A stretch of 64,000 nucleotides of DNA from NCBI GenBank assembly GCA_002269645.1, contig NIVC01003347.1, positions 39,144 through 103,143 on the forward strand, given 5' to 3'. Source of the stretch: Macrostomum lignano (taxonomy: Eukaryota). The notes under the pieces are model-generated. The model saw only the letters and a program-made list of their open reading frames with translations, was not told the origin of the DNA and made no database searches. Shown here piece after piece: positions 24,601 through 36,415 of the stretch (positions are counted from its first letter, which is position 1; every line of letters starts with the position of its first letter). A program made the position numbers and the translations under genes.

Positions 24601-25973
24601 ATCTCTCTGCTGCCCAACACTTCATCTCTATTCATCCACTACTTCGACGCCCACTTCTGCTGGCCCTGCTGGTACAGCTAACTAAAAATATCATCCTGAA
24701 GCTGCAACTCCTCCAGGTTTTGTATGCTTGCTGCTTTGTCAACGTTTCTATGACAATGCATACCAAATTGAAAGGTGCTACAGTATTGAGTTCATTGCTG
24801 ATGGAGAGAAAAGTGAGAGTGAATACTATGCTCAAGAAATTGATTTTTATAGCAATGTAATTAGTTAGTAATTAGTTCGTCGTATTGGTACAGACGTATT
24901 TCATAATTATGTCTGTCTCCCACAAGACACGCCGGATAGGTACAAAAAGGTATTATTAAACTTAGTCTCCTTAACTCTATTTTCATGCTTTTTGTATGGC
25001 GAGGAAAGAAAGTTAAGGTGAAAAGCGTTTTCAGAAAGCTGGTCTCACGGAAGTTCCAGGCGTTGCATCTTCTCTAACGCTTGCCGAGTAGCGCTGCTGC
25101 TCAAAGAGGGGCTGATTGTCATTTTCATCAGCCACGCTAACAATCACCGACACAGTGCCGTTTCGACCTGGGATGCCGCCGTCGTAAGCAGCCAGGACCA
25201 GCTGGTAGGAGTCGCAAGACTCCCTGTCCAATGTTCGCAACAGCCTGAGCCGCAGCTGTGTGTCACCCGCCGCGGAGACATCATGCTGCAGCTCAAACTC
25301 TGGGTGAAGCGGTGGCAGCAGGCGGTAGCCGCGAACACCATTGGCACCCGCGTCGAGATCGTCAGCAGGTGGCAGGGTGCGAAACTCGCCCGGAGCGCTC
25401 GCCTCACTGAACTCGCGTGTCAGTTTAGGGGCGAGCCAGTGGGGCGCGTTGTCGTTGATATCATTTACGGTGACCTCTACGGAGATCACGTAGGTGTACT
25501 CCCTGTCCGATTGCACCTAGATTGCGGGTTGTAGCCGCAGCTTAAATGACTTAGATGGCATTTTGTGTATTCAAAACGTTCGACTTCATCACTCATAACT
25601 GCACCGTTCTCACCTGCAGCATCAGCCTGCAAGAGGTGACACTACGATCGCAGCAGGCAGCGGCATCGGCGCACATTCGGTCTCTGTCCAGCCGCTGGCT
25701 AACCAGCAGCCGACCGCTCCGGCTGGACAGCTGAAAGTACCGCACAGCCCCGGAAGGAGCGGAGTTGAATATCCGGAACTCCGGCTCCAGTCCCCGCGCC
25801 AGCCGGTGGCCACGGGCTCGCAGCGCTGCAAGCAGATCGGCCAGCTCGGTTCCCACAGGCACCTCCTCATCCACGAACGTAGCCAGCTCGATGGAGGTCG
25901 ATTCCGCCGCTGTCGGCATGACGAGGGCGGCTGCGAAGATCGCGCACAGAGAGATGGCGGCGGCAGTCTGCAT
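18661..25973 (-). CDS. Non-clustered (delta-type) protocadherin: signal peptide, 7 cadherin repeats, TM, cytoplasmic tail
   Basis: Phase-compatible GT-AG exons 25973-25614, 25516-25049, 24262-23888, 23499-22860 and 21701-20955, then tentatively 19663-19533, 19144-18983 and 18777-18661. Repeated DRE, DxNDN.P and A.D.D.G.NG motifs; EC1 has the protocadherin DR(D/E)xxC signature; TM GFIVIAGLVFATAAFLLVLVTGLLVISC followed by RRR. Confidence 0.88.
19728..20035 (-). mobile_element. tRNA-derived SINE with CORE-like central domain, in a protocadherin intron
   Basis: On the minus strand: A-box-like tagtgtctgaag, B-box ggttcgattc (plus 19976-19985), then tgtgtccttgagcaagacaattaac..cagctgtaaaatggg resembling the MIR/CORE domain, and an AT-rich tail near 19730. 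Confidence 0.7.
20146..20290. repeat. 40-bp tandem repeat, about 3.5 copies
   Basis: catggccgttatgctcttgtgctgtggagttgtaatttgg at 20146 (variant), 20185, 20225 and 20265 (partial). Confidence 0.88.
21796..21925 (+). repeat. Dispersed repeat, copy 2 (see 4838-4964), in a protocadherin intron
   Basis: Same ordered sequence blocks as 4838-4964. Confidence 0.7.
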
Positions 25974-27159
25974 GAGTTTCACTGCAGCGTAGGGGAGCGG
26001 GAGCACCTCGATTTTGGCTTCCTCAATCCAGGTATTCCGGTGCTAATTAGGTGTTGAGGCTGAACAAGGTACCGGATGGAGGGAGAAAAACTGTATTTCT
26101 GTTCAATACATTCAATAGTCAGCCTGAGTTTCATTCATTGCACCGACTACTCAGAAAGTTTGGAGTAAGTCAATATCAGATTTGCGATTTTAGTTGTAAA
26201 GTTAGGGTAAAGAAATAAAGAAAAACTGCTATTCATTTTGACTAAGAGCGCATGGAAATACGAGTACAATGACACACAGCGAATTAAGAACAGACTATTC
26301 TCAGTTAATTAATTTCATTTTTAAATTCGTTAATGGCAGCAACAGCGAACCAAATAAGACTTTAATTTTCATCTATTAGTTGGCGCGGGTCTGCAGCCCC
26401 AGCAAGAAGTCTATTAGCGCAGCTTCACAGAGAAAGAGGGAGAGATGAAGAGCTGCAAGCGGAGGAGAATATGAGTGGGGGCGGATGGGTTAGTTGGGGG
26501 CAAGCTGGGCTACGGGATGAGGGAAGCCCACTTCCTCAGCCGCAGAGGATCTGAGATGAGGGAGGCTGGCTGAATCAAACAATGCCGGCCTGAATTGAAA
26601 GTCTGCGAGTAGAAGAAAGGAGAAAGAGGAGACTCAGAAGGATTCCTGTAAAGAGAGAAAAGTTGGGCAAAAAGTACGATCGTCAGCGTCGAAGAAGCCC
26701 GTAGAGGGCTGGCTGCAAGTCTGTGGGCTGGGTTCAACAGACCTGGCTGAGCAGCTCGAACCCAGTCCGGATTTATGCATCCAGCTCAGCGTCGAATATC
26801 TGAAGTGGCTGGATTGTGGGCAGAATTTCTTCCTGCTTCCGTGCTCAGCAGATTCTATTCAAACGCCAGCATCCTTGTGGGACCTCCATCGTGGAGAAGT
26901 GTTTTCTTTGGTGGGTGCTTGAGAACAAGAGCTCTCTTTGTGGGCTCTCCCCGGTCTTCTTCACTAGCAGCATTTACAACTGCTTTAAAAAAGACTGATA
27001 ATATACAAAAATATGAGAGCTAGGCAAACAGTTTCTGTAAGGTAAATGGGAGTATCAGAGACTGTGGCTTGCGCTGATTGGCCAGTCAAGCGTTTGCCAG
27101 GTTTCTGTGGGTACAGTCGATTCGCATGGAATAGAAGTCAGTTCGTAAGAATATGTCAG

Positions 27160-27463
27160 TTCAACCCTAATTAGTTTGGGCCCGGTCAGTTCAACCTTAA
27201 TTAACTAAGGCCCCGTTCAGTTCAACACAAATCCAGGCCCCGTTCAGTTCAACACAAATCCAGGCCCCGTTCAGTTCAACACAAATCCAGGCCCCGTTCA
27301 GTTCAACACAAATCCAGGCACGTTCAGTTCAACAAAAATCCAGGCCCCGTTCAGTTCAACACAAATCCAGGCCCGGTCAGTTCAACACAAATCCAGGCCC
27401 CGTTCAGTTCAACACAAATCCAGGCCCGGTCAGTTCAACACAAATCCAGGCCCGGTCAGTTCA
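27160..27463. repeat. 27-bp minisatellite, about 10 copies
   Basis: Unit ggcccc(g)ttcagttcaacacaaatcca, with diverged copies at the left edge. Confidence 0.92.
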
Positions 27464-28366
27464 TCCTGTGGCTTCGCTTACCTGAAAATGACGCAAGCCT
27501 AGTATCCCCAGAAACATATCCGCTGCCTCAAGTAATCAGGTAGTTGTCAGGTAAAGCCTTCCAAATTGCGTTTTTAGCACTCATGAGAATCTATAGATAA
27601 TAGCGCATACTACCTATCTAAGAATACAAATACTACCAATTTTCTCATTGCATGAATACAAACTTGCACTGGATGATAGTAGTTCATCCACTGTCCAGAG
27701 TAGCATCTACTACGGCTCTGGACTTTCCCTTTAGCCAATAGAAGTGTTTACCGAGCTCTGGCCAATTTTGCGTGTGCGAACAGACATGCAGGCTCATGTC
27801 TACATCTCCCATTTTAATCTCTCACGCCACATCCTTGCGGTTCGGGCTTTGGGGTTTTGCATCGCCCCGCAGATCAAACAGGCTGGTGGCGCAGACTGGA
27901 TAACAGGCTCAGTGCAGGATGATGGAGTGCTCAGAAATTTATTCCGCTTTGCCTTATCTGCAGCTGGAACCGCGGATGCTCACTTCAACCTCTTATAAAT
28001 CTTTTGAAACTTTATTTTGAGCATTTTTGGCAGAGTAGGTAGGTTCTTTGAAAGTTTAAGCAACTGAAACCGAATCGTGCTCACCAGTGCTCAGCAGCAG
28101 CGTCTGTGTAGATTAAATTAAAAATACAGAAAATCAGGTATTATTCAATTTCAAATGCATCATGGACTGTGTTGGGATTTTCAAAGAAAAGCCTGCTACT
28201 ACCAAACTTTAATAGGTGACAGATTTACACTGAAAATCGACTGTTGTTGGCGACGTGATGAGCTAGTTAGTTTTATCCCCAGTCTGAAGCCTGAAGCAGC
28301 CAATCAGCGAAGGCGATGGGTAAGTGAGGGGGTTGAGGCCGCTGCACTCTCCAGTTAATAAAAAGC

Positions 28367-29577
28367 TCAGACACTTCATATCTCAGACACTTCATATCTC
28401 CGACACTTCATATCTCCGACACTTCATATCTCCGACACTTCATATCTCCGAAACTTCATATCTCCCCCCGACAATTCATATCTCAAAAACTTCATATCTC
28501 CGACACTTCATATCTCCGACACTTCATATCTCCGACACTTCATATCTCGCCCCGACAATTCATATCTCAAACACTTCATATATCCGATACTTCATATCTC
28601 CGACACTTCATATCTCCGACACTTCATATCTCGCCCCGACAATTCATATCTCAAACACTTCATATATCCGATACTTCATATCTCCGACACTTCATATCTC
28701 CGACACTTCATATCTCCGACACTTCATATCTCCGAAACTTCATATCTCAGACACTTCATATCTCAAACACTTCATATCTCCGACACCTCATATCTCCGAC
28801 ACTTCATATCTCCGCCGACACTTCATATCTCAAACACTTCATATCTCAGACACTTCATATCTCCGACACTTCATATCTCCAACACTTCATATCTCAGACA
28901 CTTCATATCTCCGACACTTCATATCTCCGCCGACACTTCATATCTCAGACACTTCATATCTCCGACACTTCATATCTCCGACACTTCGTATCTCCCCCGA
29001 CACTTCATATCTCAAACACTTCATATCTCCGACACTTCATATCTCCGACACTTCATATCTCAGACACTTCATATCTCCGACACTTCATATCTCCGACACT
29101 TCATATCTCCGACACTTCATATCTCAGACACTTCATATCTCAGACACTTCATATCTCCGACACTTCATATCTCCGACACTTCATATCTCAGACACTTCAT
29201 ATCTCCGACACTTCATATCTCCGACACTTCATATCTCCGACACTTCGTATCTCCCCCGACACTTCATATCTCAGACACTTCATATCTCCGACACTTCATA
29301 TCTCCGACACTTCATATCTCCGACACTTCATATCTCCCCGACACTTCATATCTCCGACACTTCATATCTCTCCCGACGCTCCATATCTCAGACACTTCAT
29401 ATCTCCCCCGACACTTCATATCTCCGACACTTCGTATCTCCCCCGACACTTCATATCTCAGACACTTCATATCTCCGACACTTCATATCTCCGACACTTC
29501 ATATCTCCGACACTTCATATCTCCGACACTTCATATCTCCGACACTTCATATCTCCATATCTCCAACACTTCATATC
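28367..29577. repeat. 16-bp minisatellite, about 1.2 kb
   Basis: Unit cttcatatctccgaca with variants (cagaca, caaaca, ccccgaca). It accounts for the 419-aa HISPTL/SDTSYL ORF. Confidence 0.97.
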
Positions 29578-30417
29578 GGATAAACTGAGATAGCTAGGCC
29601 ACTTTGTTTATCAGAACGGGTTGCAACCAGCGTATGCTTTCTATGCCAGGATTAGCTTCGACTGTTATGGCACAAATACTTCTACGATGCATGATAAAAA
29701 TACAGTTTACCGTTTTGCTGTCTCGCGAAATTGAGAGGCATCAACCTGTTTTCTTTAACTACCTGCGACTGCTGCGCAGCAATGGCACAGAAATGAGGCA
29801 GTGGCTGCGCTAGAGACCTTGTGTTCTGTGCTCACGCATCTCGAGAAATCCCCCCTGCTGAGAGGCTAGCGGGCTTGAAGGCCTTGGTTGGAGCTTTTGG
29901 GTTTTCCTAATCGCCGAGAGTCTTAGAATTTTTTGCATAAACTGCGCCTGCGTCTGCCCGAAGCATTCTTCACCCGGTTCAGTGAGCTTTGAGAGTTCGA
30001 AGTGCCTGTCGTGGTGTTATCTAATGAGCATCTCCAATGCTTAACAGACAATGCTAGAGAGCGTTTGAGATTTGCCCACTCAAAATGAAGCGGGTCTTGC
30101 AGCTTCTATGCATTCTTCGCACTAATCTACTGTATTTTAATAGCAACCGTCTCTTATTTGCAACCTTTTTATCCGGTTTTCAAAAGAGAAAGGGTGCAAG
30201 GAACACCAAGCACGGATAGAATATTTCCATCAATTGTTGCAACACAAACAGACAAAAAAATGTTGAACATGTGCTTCAGCGTTACCTTTGCAAAAGTGCC
30301 AATGGTTGAATCCTTAACGAGAGATTCTCTTTTTCTCTATGGAGATTGTGCCCCACCAAGAAAGATTTGGCAAAAGAGAATAAATCACTGTTATTAGGCA
30401 GTAGTTCTGGTTCTCTG

Positions 30418-32920
30418 TTAGCTCGTTGGCAAGGCGGACTGGTCGATGGCCCGAATCAGATAGTCTACAAAGTTGACCTCGCTGCCCGCCAGCCCCTTGG
30501 GTCCGAGTTTTTCGCGGCGCATGTCGTTGCGAAACTGCAACGCCGTCTTGGCGGTCAGGCGGGCCATTTTGGCCGTCTCGCGCCCCTCTCTCAGTATCAG
30601 GCGGCGAAATTCGGACAGCGTCATTCGGAACAGCACCGCCTCCGTCTGCGACACCGCCGTAGCCATGCGGCTGGGCAGTTGAGCGAGAACTTCAAAGTCG
30701 CCCAGCATGCCGTGACGGCTGACGCAGCTCCAGATCACCCGGGGTCCCGAGCCGAAGCCAGCAGAGGAAGTTTGCGGTCGCCGGCGACGCGGTCCTACGG
30801 CTGACTTCCTGTCGAACTTCGGGGCGCCACTGCTCGGCAGGACCGAGTAGACATTCTTCGCCTGCAGATGAAGCTCGTACTGCCCCGCCAGCCTCCTGGT
30901 ATCCACGTACAGCAGCACCTCGCCGCTGAAACCCGGGTTTTGCAAAGCTTTGTTCCTTTACTCGTAGGATTTTCAGTTGAAATGTCAATCTTGAATTGCC
31001 ATTGAATTGAGAAGCTTTTAAAAGTTATTTTACAAATTCTTCTAACTCGCAAACTCAAGCATCTTCATATTACAGGATATGCCGTAAGTCCGGGGCCCGA
31101 CGTTTTAACGTTTAACGTTTTAACCGCAGGGGCCTCAGAGAGGTGAGAGGCGAGATGAGAGATGCGATGAAAGAAGAAGAGAAGAAGAAATGAGAGAGAA
31201 GATAAGAGTAGATAAGAGAGGCGAGAGGAGAGAGGAAAGAGCAGAGCAGAGATATTAGGAGAGGAGAGAAGAGATGAGAGATGAGAGTAGAGAAAGGCGA
31301 GAAGAGGGTAGAGAGGAGAGAACTGAGAAGAGATATGAGAAGACACAAACCCTTAGCGGGCGGGATTGCTATTGTAAAGTTTTAAAGGACCCGAGGGCCG
31401 GATAGAGAGGTTTCGCGGGCCGGAGTTGCCGACCCCCGCCGTAAGTGATTTATTGTCCGGTCAGAAACACATAATTTTCTGCCCCCTTTAACTTCGGAAA
31501 ATTATAGCTTATATTAAAGCTATCCTGGCTTAGGGTGCAGGCTACGAGACAAGAAATGACAGCTTAATCGGCTTTACCTGACAATGAAATAGACGTCCTC
31601 GATTTTGTCACCCTGACGCACAATAATGTCACTATTGTTGTACTTCTGCTTCATCAGGGCTCGGATGAACTGCTGCTTCAGCTTCGGATTGAAATTGCTC
31701 ACCAAGTGAAAGCTACTGGCAAATGATTCTCGCTCCTGCTCAAGCTTTTCTAACGAGCTCTCCAGGGTTCGCTGATACAATGACCTGGATATCCGGATCA
31801 TGGTGCACGAGTCCGAGCTGACAATTACATTTGCAGTTCGCACCACCTTGCGTAGGAGGGCGACTTCTCCAATGACGGCCCCTTCTGAATGAGATGCAGG
31901 AATGCACAAAATAAGTGAATAGAAAGTACGAATTAAAACGGCTTAATGAGTATTTAACCAGCTTTTATATATTTCTATCAAGGGAGCAGTCTCTATAGTT
32001 AATAATTGATATCGCTGCTTGTCAAACGCACTTACGCCCGACAACGCCGACCAATACGCCTAGTGCGTCACCGAACTCTTTGGCTCCTCCGTGAATGACG
32101 TCACCCTCCTTGCAGGCTGGCCCTTCTGAAGAGGACACGCGGACCTCGCACTCGCCCAGCAGGATGATGTACATGAAGTCACCGTTCTCGCCCTGACGAA
32201 TGAGCAGTTTACCTCGGGTCTGGGTTTCTAGCACTGAGTACTTGACCAATTCCTTCAGTACGTCTGTAAATGAGAAATGACGAAAAATTCTTATGGACTA
32301 GTTCCTTTTTTGTCAGTTGCAAAACTCAGTGGGTCAGAGGATGTCTATTCCGTTCTGTGTCGTACTTCAGAAATTAAAAAGGCCTCTGAACAAGTCTTCA
32401 CAGATAAATAAGAAATTTGTTTCAGTGAACGACAGACGAGACTAAAGGAGTTGAAGCAGTTCAGTTGGAATGACGTCATTTTTTATCTACTCAAGTCCTT
32501 CTCCATCTGAAATATTTTTCTACGCTGAGATTGAAGTAAATTTATTGTGATGAGAAGTTTGTCTGTGAACTTCTAGCTGTGCTTCCGTTTGGTTGAAATA
32601 TCTCGAACAGAATAGCACTTTACAATACTAGAGAACAAGATTTAAATCCTGTAACCAACAACGGGATCAAAGTCAAAGAATCGCCAAATCAGAGCCAGAC
32701 AGGAAGCACCGCTACCTTCACGCAAGGAAGAAAAAACATCGAATAGCATCTACTCACTATCCTCCAGCTCTCCCAGCACGCACATTTTTCCCCGCTGCGC
32801 CTCTGCTCGGGACAGGTCTTTGAACCAGGCCATGATCATCCGCATGTCGTCTTCGTTCCGCCGCTGCGGCTCTACCAGCAGGGCCCGGTTGACTCGCTCA
32901 GCTAGTAGCTCCGTGTCCAT
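30418..32920 (-). CDS. Cyclic-nucleotide-binding-domain protein with two cNMP-binding domains (CNBD1/CNBD2-like)
   Basis: Phase-compatible exons 32920-32758, 32263-32036, 31884-31578 and 30925-30418. Domain 1: LIRQGENGDFMYIILLGECEV...GAVIGEVALLRKVVRTANV. Domain 2: IIVRQGDKIEDVYFIVSGEV...GMLGDFEVL. An upstream exon cannot be excluded. Confidence 0.8.
31070..31438 (-). mobile_element. Non-autonomous hAT (Charlie-like) MITE, intronic
   Basis: Perfect 8-bp TSD ccgtaagt (31062-31069 and 31439-31446). End gttgccgacccccg matches the cagggg tcggcaa(a)c hAT terminus. GA-rich simple-sequence interior; related to the element at 61012-61335. Confidence 0.8.
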
Positions 32921-33549
32921 AGTAACAGGTCGCCTCCGATAACTTTCCGCTATAGAGCCCTATGAGCCGATGGGCCTGGCTGATCTGCCTGGATGTGTCT
33001 CAGATTTGTACGCACCTTCATTTTATTCTTCTGCGCGCATCTTTTCGGACAGTTTTCTCTCCGTTATTAGCATTCATTTTCCATTGGTCTGCGAAGCCAC
33101 TTATGCAGCCGCTAATTGCCCCATTCTAGCGTTATAGCGGTTGGACAGCACTGAAATTACAGCAGAGGGCGCTTTCTGGCATTCCAGCAGCCTGCACTGA
33201 ACCCTGGAATCCAGTAACCCAGCCTCACACGCCTTCATCTATGGCAATCCACAAAAGTAATATTAAAAAGTTAAAACCCCATATTCTCTGCATGGAATAC
33301 TGATTTCGTGGTGCAGATAAAATGATATTGGTTGGTGTTGCTGGATTGAACGTATGTGATGAAAAAATGCCACAGACAACTTTGGAGCCGGGCCGGGGCC
33401 GATAAGAGTTGCATTGATAAGTGTGCAGCTTTTGCTAATTCGTTCCTCGCTTGATTTAAAATCTGAAGAGTTAGGCGTAGATGAGCAACTAAGCCATGTA
33501 TAGCGCATCTGGGGAACAGAAATTAGAGACCCCAAAGGAAACCGCCGAT

Positions 33550-35135
33550 ATGAAGCGTCGCTGGACCTTTAAGAGCGTCGTTCTTGGCGACAGCGGCGTC
33601 GGCAAGACGTGGCTTGTGGACACCGCGCTGGCGGGTCTGAGCGGCCAGGACGATCGAGAGAAAGACGCTGGCACGGATGAGGCGGGTGACCACAGTCAGG
33701 AAGCGGGAACTGTCGGTGTGACATTCAACCTGGCTAAGATGGAGTTGGAAGGAGGCAGCACAGTGATGCTGCAGGTGTGGGATACTTCAGGCAAGGAGAG
33801 GTGAGAACTGCTGCTCAATTCTGCTATTTTACTTCGAAGAAAAAGATTCAGATGTCTTTATCTAGCCCAGGTAGAGTCATCCAGATTCAGACTTATTCAT
33901 CTAGATCAGGTAGAGTCATCCAGATTCAGATGTCTTTATCTAGCTCAGGTAGAGTCATCCAGATTCAGATGTCATCATCTAGATCAGGAAGGGTCATCCT
34001 GCAGAAAAATCGGGAAATTGGAACTATTTTACGTACCTAAAGTTCAAGAAGGCATCATCCAGATTCAGGTGTTTTTATCTAGATCAGATAGAGTCATCCA
34101 GATTCAGATGTCTTCATCTAGATCAGATAGAGTCATCCAGATTCAGATGTCTTCATCTAGATCAGGTAGAGTCATCCAGATTCAGAAGTCTTCATCTAGC
34201 TCAGGTAGAGTCATCCAGATTCAGATGTCTTCATCAAGTTCAGGTATAGAGTCATCCAGATTCAGATGTCTTCATCAAGCTCAGGTATAGAGTCATCCAG
34301 ATTCAGATGTCTTCATCTAGCTCAGGTAGAGTCATCCAGATTCAGATGTCTTCATCTAGCTCAGGTAGAGTCATCCAGATTCAGATGTCTTCATCAAGCT
34401 CAGGTAGAGTCATCCAGATTCAGATGTCTTCATCAAGATTCCGAACGCTCGTAGTTTATACTCTGCGAGAATTTAATCGAAACAAAATGAACCCAACAAC
34501 TATTCACTATCAGGTACCGAGGCCTCCTGGCCAACTACATGATTGACCTCAGCTGCGCGATCATTGCCTTCGATCCTTGCCGAGACTCGGCGGAAGCCTG
34601 CTGCGCCGCTCTGGCTGGCTGGCATCAGCTGGTGCTCGAGAACTTAAGCTGCGCTGCCACTTCGCCTAGCATTCTGTTCTGCGTGGTTGCCATTTTCGGC
34701 TGCGATGCCGATGGTGGCGGACGGGGCGACAGTCTCGGCGGCAACGGCAGCAGTGGCGGCGGCTGCCGCGGATGCCGCTGCGACCACCTGCGCTGCCTTT
34801 CCGCAGGCCGGGCATTTGCCGAGACGCTCAGGGGCCGCTTCTTCCAATGCCGCCAAGTCCCTGACGCATGCGGCCGGCGCACCTGCCAGTGGCTGGATGG
34901 GCAGCAGCTCAGCGCCGCCTGGCTCGGCTGCGAGCTTCTGCGCCGCAAATTCTGTCCGCCATCACGGCCGCTGGTCAGGCTGGGGACGGCCGGCACTGCG
35001 GAGGAGGCACCGCTGAGACGGCGGCAGGCCAGGAGCTGCTGCCAGCTGCTGGCTACTCAGCTGCACTCGCTGCTGCGGCTGCCCGCCATGGCTTTCCTTC
35101 TGCTGCTCAGCCGCCGAGCCCCGGACCAAGAGTGA
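33550..35135 (+). CDS. Atypical Rab-like small GTPase (two exons)
   Basis: Exon 33550 (or 33496)-33802: FKSVVLGDSGVGKT (G1), TVGVTF (G2), MLQVWDTSGKE (G3), donor AG|gtgaga. Exon 34514-35135 joins as ERYRGLLANYMIDLSCAIIAFD, matching the Rab switch II/beta4 pattern (ERYRSLAPMYYRGA..AIIVYD). Confidence 0.72.
33845..34438. repeat. 39-bp minisatellite filling most of the Rab-like gene intron
   Basis: Unit gtcatccagattcagatgtcttcatctagctcaggtaga, about 13 copies, interrupted near 33995-34050. Confidence 0.92.
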
Positions 35136-36415
35136 AGCGGCGGGGTTCCAAAGTGCTTACAATTGATAGTAGGAGTCACTGGTTCAGCCTGCGGTAATGA
35201 GCAACTTATAACAGACTGCGAACGGATTAACCTAAATTCTATTTTTATCACCTATATCACCTATATCTAGTTCTACTCGTGTCATTTGGTTTCGATTTTG
35301 TTTAACTTTTATTTACATGTAGTTCTTTACTGCAATCCATTCTACTAAAGTGCAACCATAATCAATAGGGCGCAAAATTGTATAGAATATTAAAAATTAC
35401 AATGCACAATGCAAAATGAGCAGAAATTCTCTATTGTAATGAGCGATTCACCTTTTCGACGCGAATCCAATTTCTTATAATAATTTCTTCTTGAATCATT
35501 TTACCAAGTGCAGTGATTTTGATACAAATAAAACAAATAATTTACACCAGGCAATTTTGAATCGAGATTGTTCAGGAAGCCTGTTTGAAGAGTTTTACTT
35601 CGTAACCAGAAGGTAATCGTATAAAACTGTAGTACATTTTCTGAAGTTGACATCACCGTACTATTTAGGAATGGGAATAAAGGGTGCTTGCTTCTCACCC
35701 CCTACCTTTGTGTTTTGCGCCTCACCAAATTCGCTGCTTCGGCTGGGAAATCTACTTGGAATGGCTAGGCACTCTGGTTATAAAGAAGTTTGTACTCAGT
35801 CAGCTGTCGTGAATAACTATCTGGTAAATTTGTGCTGGAACTGTGTGCTACGGGCAGTAAAATTTTCATGCCCAGTGAAAGTGAAAAACGCTGGTGCAGG
35901 ATTTGAATTAGAGAAGACGCTGCAGGTGCAAAAAGGAGCTGAGAACGCGGGCATGCAGTTCATGTAAAACGTGTGTACAGGTAAAAAACAGGATGCACTT
36001 TTAGAGGAAGCCCGCAAGCCAATTTTTTCTGGTCCAGAGGATCACAGTCAATTATTCAATTCGCATAAATTCGAGAGGAAAAGAACGATATAGCAGGCAA
36101 AGTAATTGAGGATAAATAAAGTTGGATAGCTGTGCAAATTTCGAATCCAAATTTCTATTATCTGTCACTGAACTAATTACGAGCTAGTAATCAACTTTAG
36201 TCCATTTGGCTAGTGCCAGAACAATACAAATATTCTACTACGAGCTTGCTAGTTGATAAAAGTGGAAGTCCGATTCTACATATAAAATCTGCAGCTTTGG
36301 AAGGCATTCGGTTTTCAAATAAAAATATTGTAAAAGTTGCAGTTAGTTCGCTAAGAAAACTTTTTACAAAATTGAAGCTGATTCAACACAGCTCAGCATT
36401 TACTGCGGCCAGCTG

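Noticed and set aside
28324-29583. 419-aa His/Ser-rich ORF (HISPTL/SDTSYL repeats)
   Set aside because: It is the translation of a 16-bp minisatellite whose plus strand has no stop in any frame. It starts at a non-ATG codon and has no splice or domain support.
34431-34546. Last 39-bp repeat copy reads ..caag|ATTCCGAACG = RFRTL, mimicking the Rab ERFRT motif
   Set aside because: That frame stops after about 35 aa without further Rab motifs. The acceptor at 34513 gives a better continuous Rab match (ERYRGLLANY..AIIAFD).
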